Shown here piece by piece: positions 46,441 to 47,876 of a stretch of DNA of 47,876 nucleotides. How positions within the stretch are numbered: the stretch's first letter is position 1; each line of letters starts with the position of its first letter. This DNA is from an uncultured Verrucomicrobiota bacterium (GTDB lineage: Bacteria; Verrucomicrobiota; Kiritimatiellia; RFP12; UBA1067): the NCBI GenBank assembly GCA_946544115.1, contig CAMNLW010000003.1:1-47876 (forward strand), read 5' to 3'. The translations under genes and the position numbers were made by a program. The notes under the pieces were generated by a model. The model was given only the letters and a program-made list of their open reading frames with translations. It was not told the origin of the DNA and ran no database searches.

Positions 46441-47814
46441 ATGAAATCTAAGAAGCCAGAGATTTACGTTGAGCGAAAATTTGACAAGACATTATTGTCG
46501 TGGAAAAGCCGTGACAATCGTCTTCCGCTTATTGTTGAAGGAGCCAGGCAGGTTGGAAAGTCTGAGTGCATCGAACACTTTGCCGAGGGTCGGTACTCTT
46601 CTCTTGTTGAAATCAATTTTGTGGAAAGACCGGAATTCAAAGATGTAGTGCGGGATGGATATTCCGTAGAGAACATAATACGCAACATATCCCAAATCGA
46701 TCCTCGTTTTCACTTTGAGCCTTGGAGCACCCTTGTTTTCTTTGACGAGATACAGGAGTTTCCGGATATTGCGACATCGCTCAAGTTCTTTGCGCAAGAT
46801 GGTCGGTTCGATGTCATTTGCAGCGGCTCTTTGCTTGGTCTTAATGTCAAGTGCATAAGAAGCCTGAGCGTGGGTTATCAAGAACACGAGAAGATGTTCT
46901 CGCTTGATTTTGAGGAATTTCTAAAGGCCAAGGGGTACTCTGGCAGTCAGATAGAGGATGTCTATGAACACCTTGTGGAGGCAAAGCCGCTGAACGAGGC
47001 TGTGGCAAATTCATATGCCCGGCTGTTTCTTGACTACTGTGCGCTTGGCGGAATGCCGGAAGTCGTAGCAAACTATATTGCAAGAGGAACTTTCGAGCAG
47101 ACGACGTCTATTCAGCGACGCATAGTGTCCGACTACAGGGTCGACATACAGAAATACAACGAAGGGCTTGATCCTGTTCGTATTTTGAGCGTATTTGACT
47201 CCATCGCCCCGCAGCTTGCGAAAGAAAACAAGAAGTTTCAGTTTTCAAAAGTGGCGCGCGGTGCAAGGAGGAAGGATTACTGGGGATGCGTTGAGTGGCT
47301 TTTGCAGGCGGGAGTCGTCAATCTCTGCAACAGGCTTGACTTTCCGGAACTGCCCTTGGCGGCCCATTCGGAGAGCGACTTCTATAAGATGTACATGGGT
47401 GACACTGGGATTTTGGTGGCTATGCTGGACAGAGAGTCGCAAGAGGATGTCCGAATCCGCCGTAATCTCGGAACTTGGAAGGGCGGGCTTTTCGAGAATA
47501 TAGTAGGAGAGGCGCTTGTGAAGTCAGGAGAACGTCTTGTATATTACAAGCGTGACAACTCTCCGCTGGAGATGGACTTTTTCCTTCGTGCGGGCGATGA
47601 TCTTGTTCCGATAGAGGTAAAGGCCGAGAATTCCAGGGGAAAGTCGCTTCGGACATTGATAGACAGCGAGCATTATCCGGAAATCCGATGGGGCGTTAAG
47701 GTCGTCAACGGTAATGTTGGTTTTGAGCGAGATGTCCTCACCGTTCCGCAATGGTGTGCGTTTTTGCTTCCCAGGCTGGTACGTGATTTTGGTGCACGGC
47801 ATTCGTTGGATTGA
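46441..47814 (+). CDS. AAA+ ATPase (AAA_14-like) with C-terminal DUF4143 / PD-(D/E)XK-like domain
   Basis: Walker A GARQVGKS, Walker B FFDEIQ, CSGS, GGMPEV, K.Y..D.G, EMDF...VPIEVK. Clearly more AT-rich than the housekeeping genes. Start placed at 46441 from promoter geometry. Confidence 0.88.
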   Translation: MKSKKPEIYVERKFDKTLLSWKSRDNRLPLIVEGARQVGKSECIEHFAEGRYSSLVEINFVERPEFKDVVRDGYSVENIIRNISQIDPRFHFEPWSTLVFFDEIQEFPDIATSLKFFAQDGRFDVICSGSLLGLNVKCIRSLSVGYQEHEKMFSLDFEEFLKAKGYSGSQIEDVYEHLVEAKPLNEAVANSYARLFLDYCALGGMPEVVANYIARGTFEQTTSIQRRIVSDYRVDIQKYNEGLDPVRILSVFDSIAPQLAKENKKFQFSKVARGARRKDYWGCVEWLLQAGVVNLCNRLDFPELPLAAHSESDFYKMYMGDTGILVAMLDRESQEDVRIRRNLGTWKGGLFENIVGEALVKSGERLVYYKRDNSPLEMDFFLRAGDDLVPIEVKAENSRGKSLRTLIDSEHYPEIRWGVKVVNGNVGFERDVLTVPQWCAFLLPRLVRDFGARHSLD

Positions 47815-47876
47815 CCCGGGGCCCCTGCATCTGGGGCGCTTACGCGCAACCACGAAAACCGGCGGGCGGCAGGTCG

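Noticed and set aside
47821-47837. Intrinsic terminator after the ATPase gene
   Set aside because: Only a 5-bp stem (GCCCC/GGGGC) and no U-tract.

Overview
High-GC bacterial chromosomal window, almost entirely + strand. It is most consistent with a PVC-superphylum organism, probably Kiritimatiellia-like. This is an inference from the PEP-CTERM protein, the TPR/ExbB/ExbD2/alpha-barrel locus and the style of the secreted proteins. 1-10.5 kb is an accessory surface-protein region: a partial AraC regulator, a triple-LamG secreted protein, an HU-like/Ig protein, a repeat-rich divergent intergenic region, a large GLUG-type surface protein, a PEP-CTERM protein, a small secreted protein and a DUF2723-like membrane protein with TPR. 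10.5-35 kb is mostly housekeeping: ispH, dsbD-like, peptide ABC binding protein, tsaB, a solitary EF-G paralogue, acyl-CoA ligase, 2-hydroxyacid dehydrogenase, tsaE, rpe, galK, ppiD-like, dut, def, serS, reverse rubrerythrin, TrmH-family methyltransferase, aminotransferase, ispE, tRNA-Gln(TTG), a beta-helix protein and proS. 35-46 kb is a long envelope operon: giant TPR protein, small TPR-like protein, ExbB, two ExbD, membrane-anchored (alpha/alpha)-barrel protein, LolE/LolD-type ABC, DciA-like protein and ChrA. The window ends with palindromic arrays and an AT-rich AAA+/DUF4143 ATPase-nuclease gene. No CRISPR array, integrase or transposase is visible. The most unusual signals are: (i) four non-coding repeat structures - a 187-bp foldback element with a 23-bp tandem array, a 9-bp-phased CTAG array, a 7-copy 22-bp palindrome array and a 33/66-bp array - sitting beside an HU-like gene and an ATPase-nuclease gene; (ii) an ExbB/ExbD motor operon whose TonB-like partner ends in an alpha-barrel; (iii) a DsbD whose N-terminal domain is reduced to the catalytic hairpin; (iv) repeated promoter geometry implying near-leaderless mRNAs. 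All family assignments are from motif recognition by eye; no database searches were run.
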